The notes under the pieces: model-generated
What the model saw: only the letters and a program-made list of their open reading frames with translations
Databases searched by the model: none
Told to the model about the DNA's origin: nothing
Position numbers and translations under genes: made by a program
Source of the DNA: Podarcis erhardii
Taxonomy: Eukaryota
Strand: one strand, 5' to 3'
DNA length: 64,000 nt
Assembly (NCBI GenBank): GCA_964252035.1
Contig: OZ176203.1
In this document: positions 28,571 to 41,649 of the stretch, in pieces
Numbering within the stretch: the first letter of the stretch is position 1
Layout: the number at the start of each line of letters is the position of its first letter

Positions 28571-29863
28571 GTGTTCCTTCATTGCTGTTTTAGTCCTCTT
28601 CCTAAGCATTTCATTAAATAACCAAGGAACAGAGTGCAATACAATGAGCAGGGGCACTTGGGAGTGATCCTATCAACCAATCCAGGTCATCTTCCCATTC
28701 CACATATCAACCAGGGATTTTGTGGGATTGTCAGCTGAATTGGCTGGCCTCCATGTTTTCAGATAAGAATCATTTCCTATTCTCTCTTTTATCAAACTCT
28801 TTAACAGCAACTAAATATGCTTAAATTAGCAATTTTAAGAAGTACATTTTAACATTAGAATGCACATAAAACACTCAGGCAATAACTTCATCACTGCAGT
28901 ATGCCTGGACTTAAGGAGGTTTTGATTTGTTTTTGTCATAGACTGCCAGAATATATTTCTGAAAAAGACAGCAATGTGCCACTTCAAAGTACTTCCTCTT
29001 AAAAAAAATTCTACCAGGCTTTCATATTTCTAATTAAGACATTCTGTTCTGAAAAACTGTTCAAATAAGCAACATTAAGTTACAACTAAACACAGCTTAG
29101 GGATATTTATTCACCAGTTTGAGCTCTCCTTTGCCATGAATTGTAAAGTTCACAAAAGATTAGCCATACCTATTTTAAAAACATTTTAAAAAATGTTTTA
29201 AAAACATTACCCTGTTCGCTTTAACAGGGAAATGATTTGTGCGACAACAGGAAGTAAACTGAGAATCACTGGCCAAGTTCAGACATAACAAGCCAACCAC
29301 AGTTTGTTACATGAATATAAATGGAGGACCTCATGCTTTTAGTTATGTATGTCAGTGGTCCAGTTAAGATGCAAGAACCTAGCACAAGCCTCAAGTAAAT
29401 GTGCCTTCCCCTCCCCCTTTGTATGCAAGGGACAAAGATCAAAGCTTTCACTAACAGTAACAAACTGTAGTTTCTTGCTGTTTTCAAGTGGCAAATGGTA
29501 ATTTATTCAACCAATTTTATTAATAAGCTAGGAAACTTCAAAACTCCTCCAACTGAACACAAATAAGGGGGAGCAAGCTTGCCTGAGCATGTGCCAGCTC
29601 ACCCACGGTATGTTGTTACATCTGAACTGAGTCACTAACATTGAGTAAGAAGAGGTCCATCATCTTGAAGAAGACAGTGTTCATCTACCCTCTCTCAAAG
29701 AAAGTGAAGACCCAGATCAGTATACTACTCACTTATATTTTCACTGCTTCTTGGTTTTCGTAGTTGCTCTCTAATATGGAGGCAGAAGTGGGACTTGCAA
29801 ATAAATATACACAGTGTTCCCTTTCAGTGTTCATGCCGGGCAATCACTTCCTCTTTCAAGATA

Positions 29864-30027
29864 CAGGCCACTTCCCAATTGCATGCGTTTGGCACGCATA
29901 TGAACTCTTTTGCACATTGTTTTTGCCATGAAAAGGAAGCAGGATAGAATAGGGCGGGCTTAAGCGCATCCCACTGATGCGCACGGTGCCTCGGAATGCA
30001 ACCCCCAAACAAATGGGTAGTTGCCTG
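29864..30027. mobile_element. Short TIR element (mariner-type MITE)
   Basis: CAGGCCACTTCCCAATTG / CAAATGGGTAGTTGCCTG inverted ends flanked by TA. Confidence 0.6.
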
Positions 30028-32080
30028 TACTCCATTTCGTTCCTCCTCTTTCTTGATTTTCCACCCCCACTCCAGCAAGACACTGAGCATCCTTAGATTT
30101 CATTATGTTGGGTTGCGGTGGCAGCAGAACTTAGGGTTGTTGTTTTTTCTACATCTGTAAATGTCCAGGTTCACTGAGAATGCTTATTACCTGCCTCTTG
30201 TTGTTTCCCAAAGCTGGATTTATAAGAAGTACAATCCAATGCAAGTTTAGCAAGAAGTAAGTCTGGATTCAATGGGATTTATTCCCTACTAAGTATGTTT
30301 CGGATAGCAACCTACATCATCTATTTCCATTTGAATTTTACTTGGCATCACTCAATGATGCATACATTCAAATGCAACACCACATGGTGCTAGCCACAGT
30401 TATTATAGAAAAACTTCCCCACTCTTAAACCTGTGTTTTGAAGTGACGTTTTCCCCTGCATCTGACATTACATGGGATCTACAAACTATGTAAGGATTTT
30501 ATAAAGAAAGGGAAGGAGGAGGAATGTCCCTGTCAAATGCAAAGTAGCATGACTAACTTGCTATTTGCAGCTTGGCATATTAAAGTCAACAACAGAACCA
30601 CACTTTGAGAATGAAAGAGTACTACTATTTTACTATGCTCTTTAACACACACTCAAAAGTTCACAAATGCTCCATTACACATAAACTCTTTATGGGTGCA
30701 TTTGTTTTAAGTCAGAAATGAAGAACACCCTTTCCATAGTTTAAAAAGCTTTGAGACATTAATTTCCATTTGAATCTTCCACCCATGCTTAACATCCACG
30801 CCCCTTCACTCTTGCATGATTCCTTCACAAAGCAACATTCTTAATTATTATATTCTTTCCTGCTACTTTCTCAAGCACATACAAAACTTAACTTGCTCAG
30901 AAAATAATTTCACTCAAATCAATATATGAAGTAGCTTTTCTTGCCACTAGGATTCAAGACTAAAATACCTAGTATTAATGCCTAGTCTTTTCAATAAATG
31001 TTAAGCTCCATGACACAACTTTGGCAGGATCTCTACAGGCCACAAAGGACATGAAAGAAGAACAAATAAAATCAGAAATAAAAAAATGTCCAATAAGTAC
31101 TTTTAACTGTGTGTGTGTGCAACAGTGATTAAGTCAGATCCATGATAGCTATCCCTAAGCCTTGGTTGTTACTGGCTTGCCAATTGTACAACAAACAATA
31201 ATTTCTGGTTCAGATATAATGGGAAGCTAAGGCTTCCTGGTTTTCTACAACAGAGAAAGAATGTTGGGGCTATGTATGCTGCTGTATGTTGGGGCTATGT
31301 CAATATGCTGCTTGTTCACAAGAAACCATGATAAGCCAAAATGACTGGTTTATTATTAGGTATGATCATTGTCACCAACACCTTACTTCATGAAACCAGG
31401 AAAACAAGTGTCACATTAATATTTTGGAAGTGTTGACAAATCCAGCACCAAACTCATATTGGCCAGAAAGCATCTCCAAAACTATTTGACATAAATACTG
31501 AATGGAACTACCTCCATTCCACTTTCAAATTTCCAAATGCATAAGCAGGGTCACCAACATGGTTCCCAAAGGGAGACATGCACCCAAGAGTCCTTCCCTG
31601 GTACCCTCAAGGTCCCTCTCCGCACTGAAATTAGACTTGAATATGCATTCTATTGAAACCAATAGAATAGGGTGCAGTGTGTGCTTGATTGCAGAGTGTT
31701 TGTACCCATAGCTGTTTCTCCAGTTTGCATATATGCCCATAGGTCCAAAAAGATTAGTAACCCTGCTGTTAGTTTATATGTGTCATGAAAGCAAACCTCC
31801 AATTCTGGCACTCTAAAGAGGCTATATTCCTATACAATATGAACTGTACATAAAAAGTAAGACTTCATAAGAAAACAGTTGCATCAGAAGTTCACTTAAA
31901 AGTTATGAATACTATAGAAATTTTAAAAATGCAATAGTTACTAGTTGACCTTCAGGTCACTGTTTTCAGAAAATAAACATTATGTCCTTAAATAGTTAAG
32001 TATCCAAATACTGCTGAAATATACAAATAAAGTTGTGCTAGAATTGGCCATGACCAATTGGCCAAACAAAGTTTTCTTAC

Positions 32081-32331
32081 CTGTCCTGTGATTGTTCTTC
32101 ATACATCCTCTCTTTCCCCTCTTTAAAAAGTCTTATAGCCCGTTTTGATTTTTTCATGAGACTGTCAATATAGATTTTAAAATATTCATTTTCACTGAGC
32201 TGTGCAAGTTTCTGGTTGTCGTCATACTTGCTCAATATAAGTCGCAAGTGTTGATAGGTATCTGGTAAAATGTCAAGTATATAAGGTGGGCTGTTTTTCA
32301 ACTGAAGTTTGGGGTTCTGACACAGTCTCAC
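32081..32331 (-). CDS. CBLB: CBLB coding exon 2 (251 nt, [20 protein letters not shown]...EEQSQD), 4-helix bundle
   Basis: Cbl TKB sequence; CTAG acceptor, GTAAGA donor; phase joins neighbouring exons. Confidence 0.97.
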
Positions 32332-33346
32332 CTAGAACCAAAAACAATTTCACGTGAATGATAAATTATCTAAATGGATAAAACTTTATTGTATATCAAA
32401 GACAGCATCTGGAAGCATATATTTAAGCCAACACATTGTATATTGTCCCAAGCAATCCTAGCTTTGCTGATGAAACAAGAACCATTTGGTCAGGAATGCG
32501 CTGCAGACATTTGTAGCATTGAAGAACATAAAATACCTAATTTCAAACGTAGAGGAAAACAACAGCTTTCACACTCCCTCCTCCCACCTCTTCTTTCATT
32601 CCTGCAAGGAAACCCAATCTCGATTTGAAAACTAAGAATACCACATGATGTCCAAACTTGGGGGGCCGAAAACATGGTTTGATCCTGGTTCAGATGTCAC
32701 ATGGAAATATGGCTAGTTCTAAATCAAGAATAAATGCTTTCTATTTCCTGGTGGACATGAAAGAAAAGAAGAGGAGTGGATGTGAACCCAATGCCCACTG
32801 CAGCTTATTCTTATACTGGGAAACGATTTCCTGTTACCTCTGAACTGATTCAAGTTGTCAAAGTGAATGGAGTTGACAAGATGAAACATTCAAATAAGAC
32901 TGAAAAATATAAATCCCAAGCAACAATTGGAAGCAGTGTCCAAGACCAATGAGTTGTATATCAAGTGAAGTAACAGAACTACAGAACACATAACTGATGC
33001 CAGGTTAATGACATTAAAATTTAGGGGGGAAATTTAGCAGTCTTTTAACATTGTTTTCACTACCAGTGTGACTAAGTATATTTATGAGGCAATAGCTGAT
33101 GATGTCACACTATGAAGGAAAGGAGCTACCATTCACGGAATGAGAGTTGTACTCATACAAGTTCAATGCTGGATGCTATCCATTGCTTACATAAACTTCA
33201 ATAAAGATTTTAGCGATATAAACATGTGAAAAGCTATCAACAGCATAATGCATAAATAGAAAACTACTGAAATCAAAACTGAATCAAGACTTAAGATGAA
33301 AGGGGGAATATATATAAAACACCACTGTTAATTCTACATCCTATGA

Positions 33347-33482
33347 CAGGCATAGGCAAACTCTGGCCGTCCAGATGTTTGGGACTACAATTCCCATCAT
33401 CCCTAGCTAACAGGACCAGTGGTCAGGGATGATGGGAATTGTAGTCCCAAACATCTGGAGGGCCAGAGATTACCTATGCCTG
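33347..33482. mobile_element. Palindromic hAT MITE, same family as 19683
   Basis: Perfect 8-bp TSD TCCTATGA. Confidence 0.9.
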
Positions 33483-33607
33483 TCCTATGAGGATGGCCCA
33501 ACACGACAAATATATGCATTAACATATATGCGTTAACAATAAGCAAGAAGTCATCAGCTATTGCAATAAAAAACTGACCCATTCAACTGTAGCTTAGTTA
33601 CCAATTA

Positions 33608-33901
33608 CAGTGGTGCCTCGCAAGGCGAAAATAATCCGTTCCGCGAGTCTCTTCGTCTAGCAGTTTTTTCGTCTTGTGAAGCACCCCTATTAGCGGCTTA
33701 GCGGATTAGCGCTATTAGCGGCTATTAGCAGCTTAGAAAAAGGGGGGAAGCGAAAAAACTCACAAGACTCGCAAGACGTTTTCGTCTTGCGAAGCAAGCC
33801 CATAGGGAAATTCGTCTTGCGAAGCGCCTCGAAAAACGGAAAACCCTTTCGTCTAGCGGGTTTTTCGTCTTGCGAGGCATTCGTCTTGCGGGGCACCACT
33901 G
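33608..33901 (+). mobile_element. Tc1/mariner MITE, family B, with internal TAGCGGC repeats
   Basis: CAGTGGTGCC TIRs, TA duplication, recurring CGTCTTGCG motif. Confidence 0.88.
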
Positions 33902-34256
33902 TACAAAACATGCTCCAAACTGAGGAAACATTAATTCAGGTAGTAAGTGTTCATTAACTTTTACTGGTTGGATTTTTCTTTTCTAGTAAGTACCTAGTGT
34001 TTTAAGTAATATGCAATTAAACAACAACATGCATGCAACAAGTGATAAATATTTTCCTGACTACAACAAAATTATGCAGAAAATAAATATTTGGCCAGTT
34101 AAAATGTTAGCAAGGGTCAAATATCTGGTTCTGTGAAATTACAATATTGAGCTTTTGAGGGAGAAGAACCACAATATTTGAAGCTGCAAGCACCTGCTTC
34201 AGACATTATGAGGATTGAGAGTGCCTGACCAGGCTTCTATGAGATCTTTGTCCCAG

Positions 34257-34380
34257 GCCAGTGTGGTGTAGTGGTTAGAGTGGGGAACCAAGGTGCAAAT
34301 CCCCACAGAGCCACAAAGCCCACTGGGTACCCTTGAGCCACTCACAATATCTCTAAGCCTAACTTACCTCACAATGTTAA
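34257..34380 (+). mobile_element. MIR-like tRNA-derived SINE fragment
   Basis: GTGTGGTGTAGTGGTTAGAG head; CCTAACTTACCTCACA core-like motif. Confidence 0.6.
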
Positions 34381-34876
34381 ATGGAGCTGGAGGGGAGTGC
34401 ATGTGCCACCTTATACTAATAATAATAGGACCTCTGAAGCATTCTACCTTAAACCATTCTTCCAAAGGGCTAACTCCATCCCAAACTGAAAATGCTAAGT
34501 CATTGCTGGAAAAAATGTAAATGACTGAAGCACTTACTTCATCTACTAACAAAATACTGAGCAGCAACCCAGTCATAGATAATGCACTCTCAGAGCTCCC
34601 TTTCTAACTTTTAAGTGTGAAATTTGAACACACAACTCCTCCAGCTACTCTTCTTTAAATATTCTGTAGTGTCCACAGTGGAAACATAGTCTCCTACTGG
34701 AATTAGCAGCAGCAACAATATCTGAGCACGGTGGGATTGGATATTTTACATCATACCCTAGTCAAATCATTGGTCTATCCAGTTTAGAAACTGAGATATG
34801 AAAGCTAGGAGCTAAATGGCACCTTAAACCTAGGTTATGGGCTCAACAACAGAATGTCTAGGTGCACTTTTTTATA

Positions 34877-35207
34877 CAGTGGTGCCCCGCAAGACGAACG
34901 CCTCGCAAGACGGAAAACCCGCTAGACGAAAGGGTTTTCCATTTTGGAGGCGCTTCGCAAAACGAATTTCCCTATGGGCTTGCTTCGCAAGACGAAAATG
35001 TCTTGTGAGTTCCTGCAGGGTTTTTCCCCCTTCCCCCCCCCTTTTCCTAAGCCGCTAAGCCGCTTATCCGCCAAGCCGCTAAAAGCCGCTAAACCGCTAA
35101 TAGCGCTAATCCGCTAAGCTGTCAATGGGCTTGCTTCGCAAGATGAAAAAACCGCAAGACGAAGAGACTCACGGAACGGATTAATTTCGTCTTGCGAGGC
35201 ACCACTG
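34877..35207 (-). mobile_element. Tc1/mariner MITE, family B, inverted relative to 33608
   Basis: TIRs, TA duplication; its reverse complement starts like the 33608 copy. Confidence 0.88.
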
Positions 35208-35894
35208 TAACAAGAATACAAAGCTGAAAATGAATGAACTGCAGCTAAAATCTTATGTTCATTTTTCACATGGTCTAGTCCTCGTCTGAAGACTTCAAAA
35301 AACAAAGCCATGCTTCCCCTGCCTGCCCCCCTAATACTCTTAAGAGGCTGGAAGTGGGGAGGCAGAAAAAGGTCCTCCTTTCCTTCCACTCTGCAGACAA
35401 GCCCTGGATTCTCCCTACACTCCCTTTCCTTCATATAAATATATCTTTTTGGCACCAAAATGAACACATATTAAAGGCCTCTACAACTGATGGCAGAGAC
35501 ACCCACCTTGAGTGTTCAGTTCGCAAACCTAAGATTTAAGGGTCCTCCAATGATCCCACTCCAAAATTTGTGAGAGTGTGAGATAGATAACTGGCTATTG
35601 TATTTCAAATTAAAAGCACATCATACATTAAAAGTACATTAAACAAGACAACTTAAACCTAAACAAAACATGTTGGGTTTAAAAGAAAAGAAAGTTTTTA
35701 GGTCCCTAATCCATGCACGTTTTACTTGGGACAAAGCCACTCTGAACATGGCTGGGATTTACTTCCAAGTAATAGTGGCAATTTTAATTTGAAATCTTAG
35801 ATGCAGTACTGCACCCTGAACTCAGAAACTGCTCGCATTTATGAAATTCCCGGTCGCAAAACGCGCCTAGAACAATGGGAGTTTCAAATGTTGG

Positions 35895-36033
35895 GTTTAT
35901 CTAGTTCTATCTAGATAGCTCTTCAGTCTTTCAGTCAGGTGGTATTCTGAACCCTACCTGGAAAGGCCAGGGATAGAACCAGGAATTCTGTGTGCAAAGC
36001 AGATGCTCTACCACTGAGCTGTAGCCATCCCCT
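35895..36033 (-). mobile_element. tRNA-derived squamate SINE (Squam3-like)
   Basis: Minus-strand GCTCAGTGGTAGAGCATCTGCTTTGCA head; related to 51045. Confidence 0.65.
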
Positions 36034-39000
36034 ATTCTTACACTGTGTGTTAGCTTTCTTTTATTGTCATCCAGCCTGGAGGCCAGATGTCAAGCAGAAA
36101 TGCAAGATATAAATATTTTAAATAAACAAGCAAAACATCCAAGTGGCTTTTCAAACTGTAATTAGCCTCTCCTATGTAGTGTATGCAATTTGTTTATTTC
36201 ACATTATACAGTTCTACATTTGCCATCCATATAGATTTATACTGTCTGACATGTGGAACGTAGCACTGGACACAAACTTACTGAATCCAATCAAATTCAG
36301 GCAGCACAATCAAAATGCCTATTACCTTCTGCTTACATAATAAGGTACTGAAATGAACAATAATTTGTGTAGCTTCCAAGAGTTCCAAACACTGCCTCCA
36401 AAGTTGTCTAGGGATGTTTATCTCCACCACTATCACCACCAAAAAACAGCATTAACATCTTAAGCGATTGTGCTACCATCTCTTAGGACACAGGATATCA
36501 CACCATTCCTGCAAGGAATTATTAATGGCTTGTTTTAACAGACTTTTATTGCATATCTCTTATTCTGAAACTTTTTAATACGGAACTATGGACAATAATC
36601 TGTCATTTTTGTTATGAAACACTTGGAGTGAAATATATACAGAAAAACTGCATAGTGATATTTAGATATTTAAAAGATAAACCATCATTTTAATTTGTAT
36701 AGTGATTTTTTGTAGAATATGCAACAAACTTGTGCTTATCTATCAGATCATCTGGACGATAAATAACAGGCTTTTAAATACAGCTCCAAACCAGAGAAGC
36801 CTTTGGCACTATGTGACTGAAAATGAACCATGGCAAGCCTTACCCTCATGTGCCACACACATGGGAAGGAGTTTAAAAGCTTCCACTTTCAGGTAAGTAA
36901 AATCTGATGTGCCCGTTACCTAAGGTAGTGGTGGTGGAGGAGGAGAGTAGCTTAATCTAACTATATTTGGAGCAAACATGATTCTTTTTCTTAACTAAGC
37001 ATTGGTAGAATAAGCCAAATTTCCCCAAATTTGGCATAAAGGCTTCATTCGCAACACATGCTATGTGAAACTACAGCTTACCATTACCAGGACCACACAA
37101 ACATGTGGATTCCTAGAGAGAAACTTGCAGCCACAGCCACTTTATTCCTCCCTGCACTGAGCCTTTGGCTGATTAACATTCTATGCTCTTTTAAATGTGT
37201 TTGGGGGGTGGTTGGTTTGTTTTATTATATATTTCGTGTTTTCATTTTGTATTTTTACATTGGAATCTCCCGGGGAAGGGCAGTCTACAAATTTAATGAA
37301 GAATAATAAAAAGAAGATGGAGGTTAATATGCTTAAACTCTTTCCCCACTAAGCACATGCTATAGCTAGGAGAAAGCTTAAACACAAGCCTGGGTTTGGA
37401 AAACCCACTAAACCAAACACTTACTAAGCTCAATGTGCCAACAAAAAGTCCTGGAGATGACCAAAGTGGCTGTGAATTCCTATTTGGGAGCCCATGCATT
37501 TATGTGACCCCAGGAAGCCACAGTTCTGTTTACCATATTGTGCAAACCAAGCTAATGATCTTACTCAAAACAAACTTTCAAAGGGGGGGAGGGTGTAATA
37601 AGGGATACCATGGCTTATTCTTATATGGCTGAGTGTTACAATTGTACTTGGGCCAGTTAGACTCTAATCACAAAAACAACCTCATCATATTGAGCAGTCT
37701 CTGGTATTTTCCTCCACAGAATTCTGTTGCAAGAACTGCATTGCAGGATCAAATCATAAGCTGCATTTAATTTTGGAAATGCTTTTACAATCTAGTATTT
37801 ATTTTAACTATGAAAAAACATCCCTTTGCCATCTGCTAACACAAAAGATAGCTGAATAGTGTTTGTTCAAATGCATCATCTCCACTACAAGTACCAAATA
37901 CTCAACTCTAGATACAAATAACAGGATTCTAACATCATGACATCATCCTGTCTGGTATACTTTAATTTAATCTCGAGATAAAATGTGATTAACTGGCAAA
38001 AGCTTAAATGGGATACATTAAGATCCAACTGAGGACACTTAACCAATGGAAGAGGGGGGTGGGGGAAGGTATAGCATCTAGACTTCCTAAAGCCTTCTGT
38101 AAAACAGACCCTATACTCTCGTGGGCAAAAACATTGGCTTGGGCCCTAAAATAAGTTAACTTAAAGAAGTCAATTTGTGACAATTCCCTTGTCACTGTTG
38201 GCAGGGGAATCCTCTGGAAAAGACAGAGAGATGAGGAAACTTTTATTTCATGAACTTCCATAAATTAAAGGGATACAAGCCATTGTAGCAAGGCTTTTAA
38301 AATTCAAGCAGTAATGATGTAAACAATGAGATCTTTCACAGTTTGCATAGTAACTGAAACAAGAAAACAACATTAGAAAGCTTTCTGAGATTTAGACCTA
38401 ATACCACTTAGAGAAGAAATCTCAGGTTACATCCCTACATCTGATGAATACTGCTAATAATTTTACATTCCAAGAGTTATAGTACTGAATGCCAGTTATA
38501 AGGCATTATAGAAGTTATGTCCAAATTAAACCTTACATACACAATTTAACAATACATTAATTTTAGACCTGAATAACAGTATCTTTTTGCCATTCAGAAC
38601 ACACCTGCTAAAGTCTATACCCACAAGGCAACTTCCTGTTCTCCTAGATTACAGCTACAGCACACAGACACAAGTACTGTAACTAAATCTGGGCTCACTT
38701 ACAGCTGTATGGATAGGGCCACTGTAATGAACTACAGTATTGTATTTAGCCATTCTATGAACCGATACTATGTTAATACTGGTCATTCATACTACTTTTG
38801 AAGTGTCAACAAATCAGTGCTTAGGATGGGGCAACAATTGCTGCTTCAGAGAAACACCTTAAGTATGATGTTACTATAACCAAATACGGATGTATAATCA
38901 GTAAATTAATCAGTCTGCTTCACCACTAACTGTACATATATCCCAGACAACTGTGATTGTTTCCATCATACGTTTGTTTAGCACTACCAGTTTGCTATAT

Positions 39001-40599
39001 AAATAGGATAGAGGTAACATGCCAAGGCGGCTTGCTATTTAAAGTTATAAACCTAAAAAAAACCTTACTTGGACATCAGTCCCATTGAAATCAGATAAAT
39101 ATGGTTAGCAAGATTGGCAAGATAAAGCTGTGAGGAAGTGACAGTGCTAGATATAGAAACAATGCACAAGGGATAAATGAACCTAGGTTCGCAAAGGGCA
39201 ACTAAAAAAAATCCTCATTTTCCTCCAGGAAGGCTTTTGGGAAGAAATATGAATGTAAAAAAAAGGAAATGTTAAAAATGAAATCTTAATTTAATAGAAA
39301 CATGTTAAAAGCAAAAAGATATCTGCATCTTTAAACTGAATACATTAAAAAAAACCTGACCCATGGAACTCAAACAGCACAATAAGGAATGTCTGTATTA
39401 TCATGGCCTCAATGTATGTCACAAAACAAAGATCCACAGAGTCTGTAGAGATGTCTGCTTTGTGTTATGGATTGAGCAGCCCAACTCTAACTATTTTTTA
39501 CTCAAGTTCTACTGAATCCAACTGGAGCTACTCTGGAAAGCATGGCCACAGATCAATGGTAGAGCTCATGTTTGTTATGCAGAATATTTCAGATATGATC
39601 CCTGACATTTCTAGTTAGAAGGATTATATAGCAAATGAAGTGAAAGACTCCACCTGAAAAAAGCCTAGAGAGCTAATGCAAACAGGACTGGACTAAATTG
39701 ACAAATAGTATGAACTGTTATAAGGTAGACATGAACTGGTATAAGATGTTAGTCTCAAGCAATGTCCATAGCACTGCAGCCTAAGCAATGCAGTTTTCTC
39801 AGTTCTCACGTTATGGATTTTGTACTGTATAAAGCAGACACAAAAGTGTAACTCCAGAAAGAAAAAAGGGTTGATGATCAACTTGCATGGCATAAATTAT
39901 GGAAAATCTATAGGATATCTAAACTGAGACTAAAGTAACTTGCCCTAATCAGGTAGGTAGATAAGGTATTGCAGGCACACACTTTAGCCTGAATTACTGC
40001 CAGTCTTAGCAGTAGTAGTAACCTTTAAAGTTGTTCTGAAATCTCTAGGCTGGCAACACATACAATCAGAACTTGAGTTCCAAAGAAGTTTATTTCTAGA
40101 CTTCAACACCAGGAATCAAATGTGCGACTTTTATGCAATACATTAGTCTTGAATTCCAAGTTAAGGCTTGATAATAATTGTAAAAGGCCTAAGAATCAGT
40201 TGTGGCTATTTAAGCATCTTCATTGAGACATTTACTGCTTGACAAATGAAAGTTCTATTGCTCTCTCAATAAACATTCACTTCAAAGTTGTAAGAATTCC
40301 ACCTAGTTATATGCAATAATATTCTTTACCTATATAGAAACTTCATATATTCATTGTAGGTGAAATACCAGCCATAAAGCCATGAGTAAAGACTATTCTT
40401 TTGTTTTAAGAATTTAATGCCAACTGATGTTGCTTGTTCAGTTGTGAAGGATTAAAAAGAAAGCCATCAATCATCCTCATAGCCAATGCTGCACACTTAA
40501 TTAAATATCTGTCCTGTTGCCTTAGTAATGAACCATATTTTTCTGAACAAAACAAATTCCTTCCAGTAGCACCTTAAAGACCAACTAAGTCAGTTCTTG

Positions 40600-40637
40600 G
40601 TATGAGCTTTCGTGTGCATGCACACTTCTTCAGATAC
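40600..40637 (-). ncRNA. Minimal type I hammerhead ribozyme motif, in CBLB pre-mRNA sense
   Basis: GUAU-CUGAAGA-A-GUGUGC(AU)GCACAC-GAAA-GC-UC/AUAC: stem I GUAU:AUAC, CUGANGA core, stem II, GAAA, palindromic AGCU in place of stem III. Confidence 0.75.
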
Positions 40638-40645
40638 ACTTCTTA

Positions 40646-40683
40646 GTATCTGAAGAAGTGTGCGTGCACACGAAAGCTCATAC
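40646..40683 (+). ncRNA. Minimal type I hammerhead ribozyme motif, mirror copy
   Basis: GUAU-CUGAAGA-A-GUGUGC(GU)GCACAC-GAAA-GC-UC/AUAC; only the stem II loop differs from the minus-strand copy. Confidence 0.72.
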
Positions 40684-41481
40684 CAAGAACTGACTTAGTT
40701 GGTCTTTAAGGTGCTACTGGAAGGAATTTGTTTTGTTTTGACTATGGCAGACCAACACGGCTACCTATCTGTAACTGGAACTATGGAAGGCACCATATTT
40801 TTCTGCAGTGAGAAAAGGGATGTTGCATACAACTTAGTAGAAGTTGCAATGACTAAACGTGCTAACTATTCTACAACAATATTTAACAAAATAAGTGATT
40901 CCGATTCAGATACAGGTTAACAGATAATTTTTGAGTCGTACACCATGCCTCCATGGTAAACAGCTCTCCAATAACTATTCAAGAAATCACATAATACATT
41001 TTAAGGAACCATTAAAATTGAAAGCCAAGGCCATTAAGTTTTGCTCATTCCTACGAGAGAAAGCAGGGGTTTTTTTATTCCCCTAAACTGCAAATTGAAC
41101 TGCATGCATATGATTAACGTAAGAGTGCTTCACAACTTGATTACCTTAACTGAAGTTTCATTTTCAAGAAGATATTGTAACAACATGCTCCAGTGGGGAA
41201 CCAAAGAACATCTGGTTCACAGGAAACAAGCTGCTTATTCACAACCCTACAAATCTCTACTATTTAAAGTAGTGCTTATCAAAAGGTACATTTAAAACAA
41301 ATGTATTTTTCCCTCTTCTGTATTAAGGAGAAAACATGAGCCATGGTTAAATGGGGATCTGCCATAAATGTGAAAACACTCACTCTTTCCAAACAAGGAC
41401 ACAAATTGATCTGACCATACATGTACACATATAAATAGTCGTGATTATTTTCTGGTACAAGGACTCAACTGACAGACTCAC

Positions 41482-41649
41482 CACTTTATCCATTAATTTC
41501 CAAGTTTTTTCTACAGTCCTGCGATCAGCAGCTGCTTGCTTGGGGGGGCCAACTGCATCCTGAATAGCATCAATGAAGCCCAGAATACGCCCTTTGCGGG
41601 GGTTTCCTCCTCGGCCACCTGGGTTCCGGCCGTTGAGGGAATTGGCCAT
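41482..41649 (-). CDS. CBLB: CBLB first coding exon (168 nt, [12 protein letters not shown]...KTWKLMDKV)
   Basis: Translation matches the Cbl-b N-terminus; ATG at 41649-41647; GTGAGT donor at 41481. Confidence 0.97.

Larger units (their letters stand above)
40546..40791. mobile_element. Penelope-like element-derived palindromic insert (copy 1)
   Basis: About 92-bp near-perfect inverted arms with 8-nt loop (40638-40645); sequence resembles reptile PLE ends; 14-bp direct repeat ACCATATTTTTCTG at 40532-40545 and 40792-40805. Confidence 0.82.

Noticed and set aside
33735-33735. Short interspersed repeats inside family B MITEs and the 23-31 bp duplications, considered as a CRISPR-like array
   Set aside because: Vertebrate DNA, no repeat-spacer structure; explained by MITE internal repeats and slippage.
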